From Octopus vulgaris (taxonomy: Eukaryota), in contig OX597835.1 of the NCBI GenBank assembly GCA_951406725.2, positions 13,144,001 through 13,208,000 of the forward strand: a stretch of 64,000 bases of DNA, written 5' to 3'. The position numbers and the translations under genes were made by a program. The notes under the pieces were generated by a model. That model did not search any database and was not told where the DNA came from. It worked only from the letters and a program-made list of their open reading frames with translations. Positions 1 through 14,165 of the stretch are shown piece after piece (the stretch's first letter is position 1; the number at the start of each line of letters is the position of its first letter).

Positions 1-69
1 ACAACAAAACTAAATTTACATTCTGACAGAAATAAGCAATTTTCTACAAGGTGTGTTCTCGTCATCATA

Positions 70-582
70 TCTATATATATAAAACTGTAGTTGTGTGAGT
101 GTCTGTCCCCTTCGATTTAGATTCCTAACTACTCCCACATTTTGCGGTGCAGTTTAACCAAATTCGGGTATCTTATAGTCGTGATTCATATCGAGCCCGT
201 CTGAGTATTAGCGCGCATCTACGATGAGTCTACGATTTTAAAAATAATTTAACATAATTTTTTATTCCATTTTAATGCATATTTTTTCGTGTGTCGATGG
301 CGGCGGAGTTGGCATCCATGGTCACACCTGCACCTGTTTGCTTCTCCCCCTTCTTCCCTCCCTCGTGAAGCTGTGGGGAAGGGAGTGTAAGGAAATCAAC
401 GTCGTAAAGCGTTGTCAAGGAGACCAGCGTTCTTTTAGAACAACGACTTCATGGCTTGAAGACACCAAAACAGAAATGGCTAAGAAAGCCCGAATTGGCA
501 TCTATAAGGGAAGTAACTCTCTAAAAATGCTTATATAGTTATTTCCCTTACAAACCCGAGCAACGCCGGGCGATACTGCTAG
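70..582 (+). mobile_element. Non-autonomous Helitron (513 bp)
   Basis: Starts 5'-TC, ends CTAG-3', inserted between A69 and T583 with no TSD; subterminal hairpin CCCGAGC-AAC-GCCGGG; near-identical copy at 20099-20611. Confidence 0.85.
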
Positions 583-1236
583 TACACTATAAACAATCTA
601 AATTTACAATTTAATATTTAACATCCAGTTATATTAGTTTGGTTTCACTATTTTTATCCCCTAGAAATATTTTGCAACAAAACTAAATTTATATTCTGAC
701 AGAAATAAGCAATTTTCTACAAGGTGTGTTCTCGTCATCATATAAAATATATTTCGTTAATGTACCGATGCTATGCACTGGCATTGAACGGCAATAAACT
801 TTCAGCTAGTGTCTTAGAATTCAAGAGATATAAAATAAAGTTAAATAAATAAAATAATATGAAATAATAAAACCGATGGAGGTAGTAGCAGAAGTAAAAA
901 GTTGTTGGTAAATAAAAAGATGTATTCAATATTTTAGTACAGTTAAAAATAGTCCGGTAGGAAAATTAATGTTCTTTCGCTAGAAACGCTGTGCGTTTCA
1001 GCTTCTTGTGGTCTATTTATATGTGATTTGTTCTTAGTTTCCTTCTGCTGTTTGCAAGTCTTGTATTACCGATGCCAACATTCCTTATGTGCAGTGACTG
1101 TGCCGTCTGCTGAAGCTGTTTACTTGTACAAAGCTAAACGCTTTCATCTACATCAGACATCATAGAAATAAAATACCGATTCCTTTGGAGTAATGAGTTC
1201 TTGCATTGGCATAAAGCCATATTTTTTTGGTGTGTG

Positions 1237-1301
<65 letters not shown>

Positions 1302-1516
1302 ATGATGGGGGTGGAGGTGTGGGGTCAGGCGGGGGTGGATAGTCAGTTCAATCAATCCCTAAATGTTGACAGGTACTTTTTTTTTTTTATTGAATCTAAA
1401 ATGTCAGGTGGGATGGGGTGAGGTGGTGTTCACCTCTGTGAAATTTGAACACAGAACATAAAACGTTCCTCCTCCTCCTCCTCATCATCATCATCATGAC
1501 CACCACCACCACCACC

Positions 1517-1548
<32 letters not shown>

Positions 1549-2137
1549 TTTCAATGTTTTAAGCTCTGCTTTTCTAAGCCTGCACGGGTCAGACAGAATT
1601 TGTTGAGGCAAAATTTTCTACAGTTGGATGCTCTTCCTGCCACCCACTTTCAGGAGTAGTATCTGCCCACGGCCTGTCATGCTTACACAGAGGATTGGAA
1701 ATGAAGAGAACCACTTATATGATGGTGCCACTTGTTTACAACCATCCTATGATGTCAAAGCAAGGAGATACAAACACGTACATCCATCCACAGGCATCCA
1801 TCTGCATCCCTACATGCCTGCATACATACGTACACACACACACACATATATATATACGACAGGCTTCTTTCAGTTTCCATCTACCAAATCCACTCACAAG
1901 GCGTTGGTCGGCCCGAGGCTACGGAAGAAGACACTTGCCCAAGGTGTCACGCAACCTGGATGCATTTGCTGTTGCCAACCCTCCCCTGTTTCCAAGTAAA
2001 GTACTATTTTCTCATGGCCAGACATATTCTCACAGAATATTGGAAACAAACAACACCGCTTGTATGACAGTGACACTCATTTACAACTATCAGGCAATGT
2101 CAAGTTAAAGAAACACACATATATCTATCTATCTATC

Positions 2138-2400
2138 TGTTTCTTTATTACCCACAATGGGCTAAACACAGAGGGAACAAACAAGGACAGACAAACGGAT
2201 TAAGTCGATTACATCGACCCCAGTGTGTAACTGGTACTTAATTTATCGACCCCAGTGCGTTACTGGTACTTAGTTTATCGACCCCGAAAGGATGAAAGGC
2301 AAAGTCGACCTCGGCGGAATTTGAACTCAGAACGTAACGGCAGACGAAATACGGCTACGCATTTCGCCCAGCGTGCTAACGTTTCTGCCAGCTCACCACC
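2138..2400 (-). mobile_element. tRNA-derived SINE family B (Meta-domain-like)
   Basis: Reverse complement of GAGCTGGCAGAAACGTTAGC...GAGTTCAAATTCC (A/B boxes) plus GCCTTTCATCCTTTCGGGGTCGATAAA; small internal duplication of atcgaccccagtg. Confidence 0.8.
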
Positions 2401-2410
2401 TATCTATCTA

Positions 2411-2447
<37 letters not shown>

Positions 2448-2448
2448 C

Positions 2449-2488
<40 letters not shown>

Positions 2489-2782
2489 TGCACACACATA
2501 CGTGATGGGCTTCTTTCAGTTTATATATATACATTTGTATTTCTGTTTTGTGTATTTCTTTAGATGCATGACTTTATTCAAGTTTTCTCTTTTAAATTTT
2601 CAATTTTAGATTTTTTGTATCTTCCCAGTTTTCCTCACGGTTGGTTTGGAACAATGAAATTCCTAAATTCGCATTCAGCATTCCTGGAAATTCACAATTT
2701 CATTTTCAAGAATGAAAACACACACACACACACACACACATTTATTTGTTTCTGTATGTACTTGTATGTCTATGTATGTATG

Positions 2783-3180
<398 letters not shown>

Positions 3181-3738
3181 ATCTATCTACTGTCTATCTA
3201 ACTCATCTATCTCTCTGTCTTCTATCTATCCATCCATCCATCTATCTTTATCTGTTTCTCTCTCTCTCTCTCTCTTTGTGTGTCTCTCTTTGTCTCTGTC
3301 TGTCTGTCTCTTTCTCTCTCTCCACACACACACCTCTGTGTGTGTATGTATATATTTATATTCCTATGCATGTATATTTAATATCATCATCATCATCATC
3401 ATCGTTTTATTTCTGCTTTCCCATGCTGGCATAGAATGGATGAGTTGTCACTGTTGCAGTCAATTTTTGGTAAAAATGTAACATGAGAATAGATGCATGA
3501 TGTTTCCAATACATTTCTTAGATTACCATTCTTCTGAATGTTTCGTTTTTTTTTTTTTTTTTTATTTGTCAAAATTAGCTTAAAAATCAATCCTGCCTAT
3601 AAATATATGCTGAATTATCATGTTTACACTTTTAGAACGCAGTTCATAAATAAATAACCAAACAAACAAACAAACAAAGAAGCAAATGTGTGTGTGTGTG
3701 TGTGTGTGAATGTATGAGTGTGTGTGTGTGTGTGTGTT

Positions 3739-3781
<43 letters not shown>

Positions 3782-3864
3782 GTGCAGAAATGTAAAATTC
3801 TACGAACACACCTATGTTAGATGTATGTAGAGTCTGTCATAATTGTGTATTTGTAAACTGTGAA

Positions 3865-4185
3865 AGTGCATGGCGTCAGGCTCACAATCATGAGGTTGTG
3901 AGCTCGAATCCCGGACCGGGCTGCGTGTTGTGTTCTTGAGCAAGACACTTTATCTCACGTTGGTCCAGTTCGCTCATCTGTAGAAATGAGTTACTACGTC
4001 ACTGGTGCCAACCTGCATTGGCCCCTTTGCCTTTCCCTGGGCATAACATTGGTGGCATGGAGAGGGGAGGCTGTTATGCATGGGTGACTGCTGGTCTTCC
4101 ATAAACAACTTTGCCCAGACTTGTGCCTTGAAGGGGAACTTTTTAGGTGCAATCCCATGGTCATTCATGATCGAAGGGGATCTTT
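3865..4185 (+). mobile_element. tRNA-derived SINE with CORE/V-like central motif
   Basis: B-box-like GAGCTCGAATCCC followed by GTGTTCTTGAGCAAGACACTTTA and CATCTGTAGAAATGAG. Confidence 0.6.
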
Positions 4186-4348
4186 ACCACAGGCATGGCT
4201 GTGTGGTAAGTAGCTTGCTTACCAACCACATGGTTCTGGGTTCCATCCCACTGCATGGCATCTTGGGCAAGTGTCTTCTACTATAGCCTCGGGCCGACCA
4301 AAGCCTTGTGTGTGAATTTGGTAGTCAGAAACTGAAAAAAGCCTGTCG

Positions 4349-4381
<33 letters not shown>

Positions 4382-5184
4382 GAGTGTGTTTGTGTCTCTG
4401 TGTTTCCCCCCTGGTTTCTGTGACACATTTATTCCCACTTCCTCGTCCCCGGACTGGACATTGGTCTTTCACAGGACTGCTCATTTTTGCCAGAGCATAT
4501 AATTCATGAAAAAATAATGTGCAAAGATATCATTGACTCTGTTATTATCTAGTGTAACAATTTAAAAATGATAGTAACAGAATTGATATTATAGGCAATT
4601 GCAGGCCTGCAAAGAGCATTAAATAGGGGAAGGATTAAAATTAATCAAAGGACATACTAAGTATGTCTACCTGCTGGAAATAATTGTCAATACTTTTATT
4701 TAAATTGCAATACTTTTATTTAAATATACTAATAATAACTACAGAAATCAACCGTTCAAAGGCGTACGAGCCAAGACAATCTCTCAGCATTCATTCAAGT
4801 ATTTGGACTCACGTGAACTGGTGTTTCTTCATATTTAATAAATTTAAGTATTAACAAAAGTAGGAGATTACCTGCTGGTAATTTTGGTTACATCCTTTAA
4901 GTATTATTTCGTGATGTGCAAACTGATACAATGAGTTTACTTTCAGATATATGCATTGGGTTATTTTTTTGTATTATCTGAAATAGAATACTCGCATATC
5001 AATTAATCTCCCAAAATTGAATTAATATCGACTTTTATCAGATACTTTGTATATTTATAGATATATATATATAAATGTATGATAAAGAAAACCCCAAGGT
5101 ACGATATGTAGATGCATATGATGCTGAAGGGTTGTACCTGATTGATTTGGAAATTTGTTTTCCCAAATTATTTATATTATATGC

Positions 5185-5228
<44 letters not shown>

Positions 5229-5232
5229 GTAT

Positions 5233-5298
<66 letters not shown>

Positions 5299-5356
5299 AT
5301 ATATTTATGTATGTGTATATGTGTATATATGTATATATAAATATACACATGTATAC

Positions 5357-5398
<42 letters not shown>

Positions 5399-5431
5399 TT
5401 ACATATATATACACACACACATATATATATG

Positions 5432-5590
5432 TGGAGTGGTTGGCATTAGGAAGGGCATCCAGCTGTAGAAACACTGCCAGATCAGACTGGAGCCTGGTGC
5501 AGCCCCTGGCTTCCCAGACCCCGGTCGAACCGTCCAACCCGTGCTAGCGCGAAAAACGGACGTTAAACGATGATGATGATGATGATGATA
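5432..5590 (+). mobile_element. RTE-associated 3' tail repeat (family C)
   Basis: TTGGCATTAGGAAGGGCATCCAGCTGTAGAAAC...GGACGTTAAAC(GAT)n; many copies in the window. Confidence 0.7.
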
Positions 5591-5608
5591 AAGATGATGT
5601 ATATATAT

Positions 5609-5651
<43 letters not shown>

Positions 5652-6388
5652 CATCAAAATAAGCCAACAAGCATATCCAGAGGTAATGCAGTACGATCGT
5701 TTCATGCAACTCCACTTAATTGAACAATCCAATCATTACATCAATTTAAAGTGCAGAGCAATCTTCAGCTGCACAAAGACATAGAATTTAATCAAATTAG
5801 AACAGATGGACATACTAGTATAATTATACCTAAAATCTCCAAGAAATTAAGGAGATAGACAAAGAACATGCTGTCCCAACTCCAGTTTAGAAGTTAACTA
5901 AATTTTTCAAGAAGATATACATTGTTACAGACTCTGCCTGTCACTGATTTTTTGCTTTTATGGGGACAGTTTCAATTTATAGACTAGTTTATCAAATCAC
6001 TTGTATATCTAAGGCTGAGAGAACAGAGGGGAGTATCTGTTTGGGGCAGGGCTAAGGGAGCAGACAGACATCATAGTTGGTATAGTCATAAAAATCAAGA
6101 TTTATTAGAAGCAATATCATGAGGTTTGATAAACTTAAAACAAGATGTTAGCTGACAATTAAGGGAGGCACCCACTAGCAGACCATTGATAATGAAACAG
6201 GGGAAGTCTTATCATGTAGTACTATAGTTAAATATTTTAAACAATGTTGCTATATTGTATACTGTATAAACAAATAAACCATATAGTGTTTGGTTTCTTT
6301 AAATATATGATTTTGTGATAATGTATAACCGTATAAATTTGTGTCTGTATTTGTGTGTATGTGTATATATGTATACAACTCGGTGTGT

Positions 6389-6426
<38 letters not shown>

Positions 6427-6906
6427 GTGTGTGTTTGTGTGCATGTGTAGATGTATTTAGGTATGTCTTATGTATGTGTATATGTAAGTATGTTTGTGTG
6501 TGTATATATATATATCTATCAATGCACATACAGCCACTCAGTAATTTTAATAGTTTCCCTCCTCCACCCACATGCTGGGAACACTCATGTGTATTACATA
6601 TATACACACATGTACATGCATGTGTATATACATATACATGTATTGTAAATCTAAAACTATTGCATGAAACATGTTCACGTTTCATTATTTCTCTTGTTCA
6701 GATTCCTCATAAAAAAATCTTTGGTTTGTTTTGAGATATGGAATATCAAATTGCAGGAAATATTAATAGACCAACATGGTAGAAACGCCAGATCATGTTT
6801 GGGCTGTTCCTATTTTGAGAGATGGCTGTGTGTCTGTGTGTGTATGTGTGTGAGGGTATCTACAGACACACAGACACATATGCACACACTCTCTGCTATC
6901 TCACAT

Positions 6907-6944
<38 letters not shown>

Positions 6945-7205
6945 ACACACACACATCAACAACATGTAGGCACACTTTTGAAATGTACCATCATCAGCAT
7001 CATCATCATCATCATGGTTTTAACGTCCACTTTTCCATGCTTGCATGGGTTGGACAGTGTTTATTGAGGCAGGTTTTCTACAGCTGGATGCCCCCTTCAT
7101 GTGGCCTGGCATATTTTCATGGCAGACTGGAACAAAGTTTGCTACTGGTATGACAGTGACATCCGTTTACATCTATCATGTGATATCAAGACAAAGATAC
7201 ACAGG

Positions 7206-7236
<31 letters not shown>

Positions 7237-7517
7237 ACACACACACACACACACATGATGGTCTTCTTCCAGTTTCTGTACACCAAATCCACTCACACAC
7301 TCACAAGGTGTTGGTCAACCTGAGGCTATTGTAGAATGCACTTACCCAAGGTGCTTTGTAGTAGGACTGAACCCAGAACCACGCAGTTGGAAAGCGGACT
7401 TCTGAACCACAACCATGCTCACACCTATAAAATGCCTCTGTGTGTGCATGTGCGCATGTGTGCATGTGTGTGTGTGTGAGTGCGTTTATGTATATGTATG
7501 TATGTGTATGTATATAT

Positions 7518-7749
7518 CTATTTCTTTACTACCCACAAGGGGCTAAACATAAGGGACAAACAAGGACAGACGAATGGATTAAGTCGATTACATCGACTCT
7601 AGTGCATAACTGGTGCTTAATTTATCGACCCCGAAAGGATGAAAGGTAAATTCGACCTCGGCGGAATTTGAACTCAGAACGTAACGGCAGACGAAACACT
7701 ACAAGACATTTGACCTAGCGTGCTAATGTTTCTGCCAGCTTGCCGCCTT
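7518..7749 (-). mobile_element. SINE family B (Meta-domain-like)
   Basis: Same sequence family as 2138-2400 and 8843-9075. Confidence 0.8.
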
Positions 7750-8106
7750 CACTTGTATGTATATATGATCATCATCATCCAGTGTTTTTACTCCAGGTTT
7801 TGTCCCCGTTAATGGGGGTGGCTGAATCTACCTCAATACCATAGCAACCGAGGTAGGCAGGTCCATCCCACCCCATCCTTTGGGCTGGCTGGTGCCCATT
7901 CTCCCTTGCTATCATGGGGCTTTATTTGGAGCTGGATTTTCTATGGGAAGCATGCCCTTGTTTATCCCCAACCTCAGTTTCTAGACATGAGTGATCCCAA
8001 GACCAAGGCCTCTACCACGATTTTTAAGAAATGTGATGAGAAACTAGCTCAGGAAGGCAGGGACGCTACTCCCTGAGGCCCTTTTCAGAGCCCCCCCCCT
8101 ACCTAA

Positions 8107-8505
8107 TCTTTATATATAAAAGTGAGGTTGTGTGTTGTCTGTCTCCTACGATTTAAATTCCTAACTACTCCCACATTTTGCCGTGCAGTTTAACCAAAAC
8201 CGAGTATCTTATAGTCGTGATTCATATCGAGCCCTTCTGGGTATTAGCGCGTGTCTATGAAGAGTCTATGATTTAAAAAAAAATTACCATCAATTTTTCC
8301 CATTTTTAATGCGTTTTTGGCATATATAAGGGAAGTAACTCTCTAAAAATTTATTATTAAATCTCAGAACGTAAAAAGCTACAGTAACATCCCCCCCTCC
8401 TTTGTGGTTAGCCATATTGAGATGGCTATTATACTTTACATCTCTAAAAATGCTTATATAGTTATTTCCCTTACAAACCCGAGCAATGCCGGGCGATACT
8501 GCTAG
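8107..8505 (+). mobile_element. Non-autonomous Helitron, internal variant
   Basis: TC start, hairpin CCCGAGCAATGCCGGG and CTAG end in an A|T site; shares the 5' ~200 nt and 3' ~65 nt with 70-582 but has a different middle. Confidence 0.8.
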
Positions 8506-8531
8506 TCTACAAATAAGACTAAAACATATAT

Positions 8532-8732
8532 ATATGCTTTATTATTATTACAGCTGCAAAAACATCACAAAAATATCACAAAAAACTGTTACTCAGAGTT
8601 TCACGTTCCTGTTCAGCAGACAGTTTAGATTGAGAATCTCAATCCAAAGTGTCCAATGAATGGGAACGTGAAACTCTGAGTAGCAGTTTTTTGTGATGTT
8701 TCTGCAGCTTTAATAATAATAATAAAGCATAT
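8532..8732. repeat. ~200-bp imperfect palindrome (inverted pLTR-like pair with degenerate hammerhead motifs)
   Basis: Arms complementary around the centre at ~8636; each arm carries GGAACGTGAAACTCTGAGTA. Confidence 0.85.
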
Positions 8733-8842
8733 TACTCTACCTCTGGTATTCGAGTACTATTTTCTCCCACCTTGTTTCACATTTATGCGCTTACTCTGAT
8801 ATGCAGGACGCTGGGAGAACAATGCCTGTCATCACCACAGAT

Positions 8843-9075
8843 GGAGGAAGCGAGCTGGCAGAAACGTTAGCACGCCGGGCGAAATGCTTAGCGGTATTTC
8901 GTCTGTGTTACGTTGTGAGTTCAAATTCCGCCGAGGTCGACTTTGCCTTTCATCCTTTCGGGGTCGATAAATTAAGTACCAGTTACGCACTGCGGTCGAT
9001 GTAATCGACTTAATACCTATGTCTGTCCTTGTTTGTCCCCTCTGTGTTTAGCCCCTTGTGGGTAATAAAGAAATA
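8843..9075 (+). mobile_element. SINE family B (Meta-domain-like), near full length
   Basis: GAGCTGGCAGAAACGTTAGCACG head, GAGTTCAAATTCC B box, GCCTTTCATCCTTTCGGGGTCGATAAA core. Confidence 0.85.
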
Positions 9076-9084
9076 GGTTAAGGA

Positions 9085-9335
9085 GGGGATTGACACTTTT
9101 GAGAGAGCACATATCCAGCATGAAGAACTTAAGCGAGCTGCGCGAAAGCGCACGGCTCATATAGTGAATGGGGAAAGCTTGGTCTGCAATGTTTGCAGTC
9201 GTGTATTCTTGTCAAGAGCAGGGCTCATTAGCCACCAATGGAGCTGCAAATGCAAAATATAAGTTAATCCTAGAGCGCACAATGTTCCTGAAGGTCGGCA
9301 ATGGTCTTCCTCGGTCACGAGTGGACGGCCATCAT
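9085..9335 (+). mobile_element. RTE-type LINE ORF C-terminal fragment
   Basis: Translates to CNVCSRVFLSRAGLISHQ, a zinc-knuckle-like terminus matching 16099-16160. Confidence 0.6.
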
Positions 9336-10179
9336 GTTAAATGATGATGATGCTGATGTTTATATATTTATGTGTGTGTATATGTGTATTGATATATTGA
9401 TGGATATTTGCATATGATTATCATCATTATAGATTGTCATGCTTGTGTGGGTTGGACATGTTCTTCTGTAGCACAGCACCTCATTCTTAGTTGCAACTCT
9501 TTGCCCTCTATTTCATTCATTCCATCTTCTCGATATCCTCTTTCACTACTTTATTCCGACCCGTTCCTTAGCCTGTCTCTTCCCCATGTTCCTTCCACTT
9601 GGATCTCTTGGCTTGTCTTTACCCAACTTCCATCTTCTGTACACTCCACACATCCTGTGCCACCACCCTGGCACAGCCATACTGCTATCTAATGTATTGT
9701 CTCTTCTTATTGCCAACTACAGAGTAAAAAATGGTGCTTTTTTTTGTGGCACCTTGGTTTTAGGATCTCAGTTCCCTTGTGATGGGTGGGTCTTTTCGGG
9801 TACAGCAATGTCCCTCATAACACAGTTTTCTGTCATCATCTTCTTTGTAAAGTTCAGTATTTTGAGATCGGCCTAAATAGGGACCTAAAATAATTTTAAA
9901 AGAACGTGATATAATTCTAGCGAGTTTTTTCTGCCTGCGAGGGTCGGCTGTAGTTTTTATAAATCGTTGAGATATAAAGTAACATTGGAAAGTTTTTCTA
10001 CTTCTATGATAAATCCTGTCCTGGTTTTCCTTGTACAAGAAACGGTGAAGTGTCTTCTGCAAACTATAAACAATCTCTTCAAACTCGCGTGTTTATTATA
10101 GAGGAATTATGTTGTTATCGATTTCACAGACAAATTAATATAAATAAACAGCAGATGATGTATATAGAGATATATGTAT

Positions 10180-10596
10180 GTCTACGTCTGAGAACATATA
10201 TATATGTATACACACACATACACAGACACAAACATACACAGACACACACGTATTATGTACATATATGTATGCTTATATATATATGTATATATGCATTTAT
10301 ATACATATATATATATATATATACATATATATATGTACATACATATATATATATGTGTTTGTGTGTGTGTGTGTATAAGTATGCATATATAAATATATAT
10401 ATATGAACATATTTATGTATAAGTATGTATATATGCATATATATAAATATATATATGAACATGTTCATGTATAAGTATATATATATATATATATATATAT
10501 ATAGGTAGATATGCATATATATAAATATATTATATATATATAGAGAGAGAGATATATATATATATATGAATATATGAACATATTTATGTATAAGTA

Positions 10597-10644
<48 letters not shown>

Positions 10645-10923
10645 CTTATACATATATAAATGAGTGTGTATTTGTATGTATATCTGTGTCAATCTCTAGG
10701 TGTGTGTGTGTGTGTGTTTGTATATGAACGTATGCGTGTATGAAATGTGTTTCATTGCAATAGAATGTGCACTAAAACCTTGCAATCATTGCGTGTGTGT
10801 GTGTGTGTGTTAGGGAGAGGGGAAAATGTGACAGTGACTCTCATGAGCTAGACGGTGTATGTTTGGATATGTTTATATATGTTTGAATATATGTGAATGT
10901 AACTATATATATGCAAGGAATTA

Positions 10924-10955
<32 letters not shown>

Positions 10956-11887
10956 GGCAATTATGTAGATGTGTGCATGTAGATTACGTATGTGTTTGTA
11001 TACATGTTTGTATATATTTGTGTGTGTGCATGTGTGTGTGTGTATATATATATATATGAATATTTGTAAATATGTTTATTGGTGTACATGTGTGTGTGTA
11101 TGTTTGGGTGTGCATATGTATATATGTGTGTGCATGTATGTATGTATGTATGTATATATATATGAGTATGGCGTGTGTGTGTGTATGGGTGTGTGTATGT
11201 ATATATATATATATGAATATGTTTGTAAATATGCATATAGGTGTACATATGTATATATGTGTGTGCATGTATGTATGTATGTATGTATATATATATATGA
11301 GTATGGTGTGTATATGGTTGTGTGTGTGTGTGTATGGGTGTGTGCTTAAGAGGAATTGATTTCTTTGAGAGCAAGTAGAACCGTAAATGTGTGTCAGAAC
11401 AGCATAAAAGTAAAATGTTTGTTTGATATGTAGAGAATGGTAGAGAACGGTAATATTTGTGAAGACGGAACCAGCTTTAGAACTCTCACAATATTCACAC
11501 TAAATACTAAACACAAGAGAAACAAATAGGCTCTTTTTTTATATATATTCTCTTTCTCTTTCTCTCTTCCTGTCTCTCTCTCTCTCTCTCTTCTCTTCTT
11601 TCTCTCTCTCTCTCTTCCTGTCTTTCTCTCTCTCTCCTTTTATGATCATCACATGGAAAATATGTTTGTGTATAAATGTGTGTGGATGTGTTTGTATATG
11701 TGCGTGGATATAAACATAAATACACACATTCACACATTAGTATCTCTATTCTTGTGTATATAATATATATATATGTATATATATATGCACACACACACAC
11801 ATGTATATAAATATCTATGTACATATTATTGTGTGTGTGTGTCTGTATGTACGTACATATATATACTTATATATCAACATACATATG

Positions 11888-11931
<44 letters not shown>

Positions 11932-11987
11932 ATGTGTACACATATATATGTATATTTATATACATATACATACACATATACACACAT

Positions 11988-12029
<42 letters not shown>

Positions 12030-12109
12030 ATGTTTATATGTATATATATGTGTGTATTTATATATATCTATATATATACATATCTATAAATATATATACA
12101 TACACATTG

Positions 12110-12144
<35 letters not shown>

Positions 12145-12161
12145 GTATGTTTATATGTATA

Positions 12162-12215
<54 letters not shown>

Positions 12216-12325
12216 TATATACATACATACACATAAATATATATATATATACATATTATATATATATATTTATTTATTTATAAATATATATACACACACA
12301 TTGACATTTATAAATATACTTATAA

Positions 12326-12383
<58 letters not shown>

Positions 12384-12384
12384 A

Positions 12385-12420
<36 letters not shown>

Positions 12421-12428
12421 TGTATATA
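10180..12428. repeat. Compound (TA)/(TG)/(CA)/(CT) microsatellite field
   Basis: Directly visible low-complexity dinucleotide arrays with short unique interruptions. Confidence 0.92.
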
Positions 12429-13094
12429 GCGAAAAAGAGCGCCAGACATACTGAGTGGGAAGGGGTGAGGGAAAGTGCAGAAAGTAACCATCTCGTATTT
12501 TCGCCTGTGAGTATCTTTCCAAAATTTTGTTTTTTTGCTCTATTGTCTGAAAATCATAAATTCAGTCCTCAGCGTATCGCAAGTGAAGTTGGTACGAAAG
12601 ACGAGGTCATTAGATCTAGCAGTTGACAAATTTATGACTAAATTGGTACCAACATACAATGCAGAGCTGCCGGTTGCCACTAACAAAAGTATATCACATC
12701 TACAGGCTTCATAATCCAGCCTGCCTCAGTCTGTCTGACGAACCAGTTTCATGCCGTATATTTATGGTGGAAAGCATCATCAAACTCAATTTATATGACA
12801 CAAGGAATCATCATAATCTCCATCATCATCATTCAAAATTTTTCATCACTCGTTAGGGTTATCTCTTTTAGTCTGTTACTCGTTTCAGTCATTTGACTGT
12901 GGCCATGCTGGAGCACTGCCTTTTGTTGATCGAGCATATCGACCCCAGGACTTATTCTTTGTAAAATTAGTACTTATTCTATCGGTCTCTTTTTGCTGAA
13001 CCGCTAAGTTACGGGGACGTAAACACACCACCATCGGTTGTCAAGCGATGTTGGGGAACAAACATATACACACACATACATACATACATACATA

Positions 13095-13492
13095 TACTCT
13101 TTACTCTTTACTCTTTTACTTATTTCAGTCATTTGACTGCGGCCATGCTGGAGCACCGCCTTTAATCGAGCAAATCGACCCCGGGACTTATTCTTTTTGT
13201 AAGCCCAGTACTTATTCTATCGGTCTCTTTTTGCCGAACTGCTAAGTAACGGGGACATAAACACACCAGCAATGCTAGGGGGACAAACACAGACACACAA
13301 ACACACACACATATATATATACATATATATGACGGGCTTCTTTCAGTTTCCGTCTACCAAATCCACTCACAAGGCTTTGGTTGGCCCGAGGCTATAGTAG
13401 AAGACACTTGCCCAAGGTGCCACGCAGTGGGACTGAACCCGGAACCAGGTGGTTGGTTAGCAAGCTACTTACCACACAGCCACTCCTGCACC
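13095..13492 (-). mobile_element. tRNA-derived SINE family A (CORE-like), near full length
   Basis: Reverse complement of GGAGTGGCTGTGTGGTAAG...GGTTCAGTCCC...CTTGGGCAAGTG...TGACTGAAA(TAAAAGAG)n tail. Confidence 0.85.
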
Positions 13493-14020
13493 TATGTATG
13501 TATATGCATGCATTTTTCTTTTGCTTCTTCATTGCTTGTTTTAAATATACATGACCATCATACAAGCAGTGATTTTTGGTTGCAATCTCCCTTGAAAACA
13601 TGCAGGGACTAGGAGAAAATATTCGAAATATCACCTTGCTGGGAAACAGATGAGGGTTAGCAATGGGAAGAGCATGCAGCCACAGGAAAACAAATCTCAT
13701 CTGAATCATGCAAGCATGGGAAAGAGATGGCGATGATGAGGAGGATGAAGACAATGTTAAAAAGATGATAATAATGATGATGATGATGATGATATTACTT
13801 TTTCAGAAAGGGAGGGTCATCAATGATTACACATTCCTCTGTAGGTAAGGATTATCAAAACCCTAAAGCTGTTTGCAGAAATATTCCAAGTTATCTGTTG
13901 CTTTAGGAATAACCTTTTATATCTCAAACAAATTTTCAGTTTTCTTCACCAAGCAACACAGATATTTTTTCGTTTCTTTTTGTCTTTCTTCCCCTAATCT
14001 CCCATTTTCAATTTCACACA

Positions 14021-14073
<53 letters not shown>

Positions 14074-14126
14074 TACACACCTACACATACATGTAAAATA
14101 TATAAGCATATTTTTCTGTGTATAAA

Positions 14127-14157
<31 letters not shown>

Positions 14158-14165
14158 TTTGTGTG

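Noticed and set aside
1-743. ~70-bp direct repeat (1-69 and 676-743) as a Helitron TSD
   Set aside because: It does not abut the right end and Helitrons make no TSD; it is a local duplication cut by the window edge.
9760-10062. 100-aa non-repetitive minus-strand ORF
   Set aside because: No recognisable motif, non-ATG start and no convincing splice signals.
12430-12512. Possible plus-strand first exon ending at CCT|GTGAGT
   Set aside because: Only a donor-like hexamer; no promoter or partner exon can be supported.
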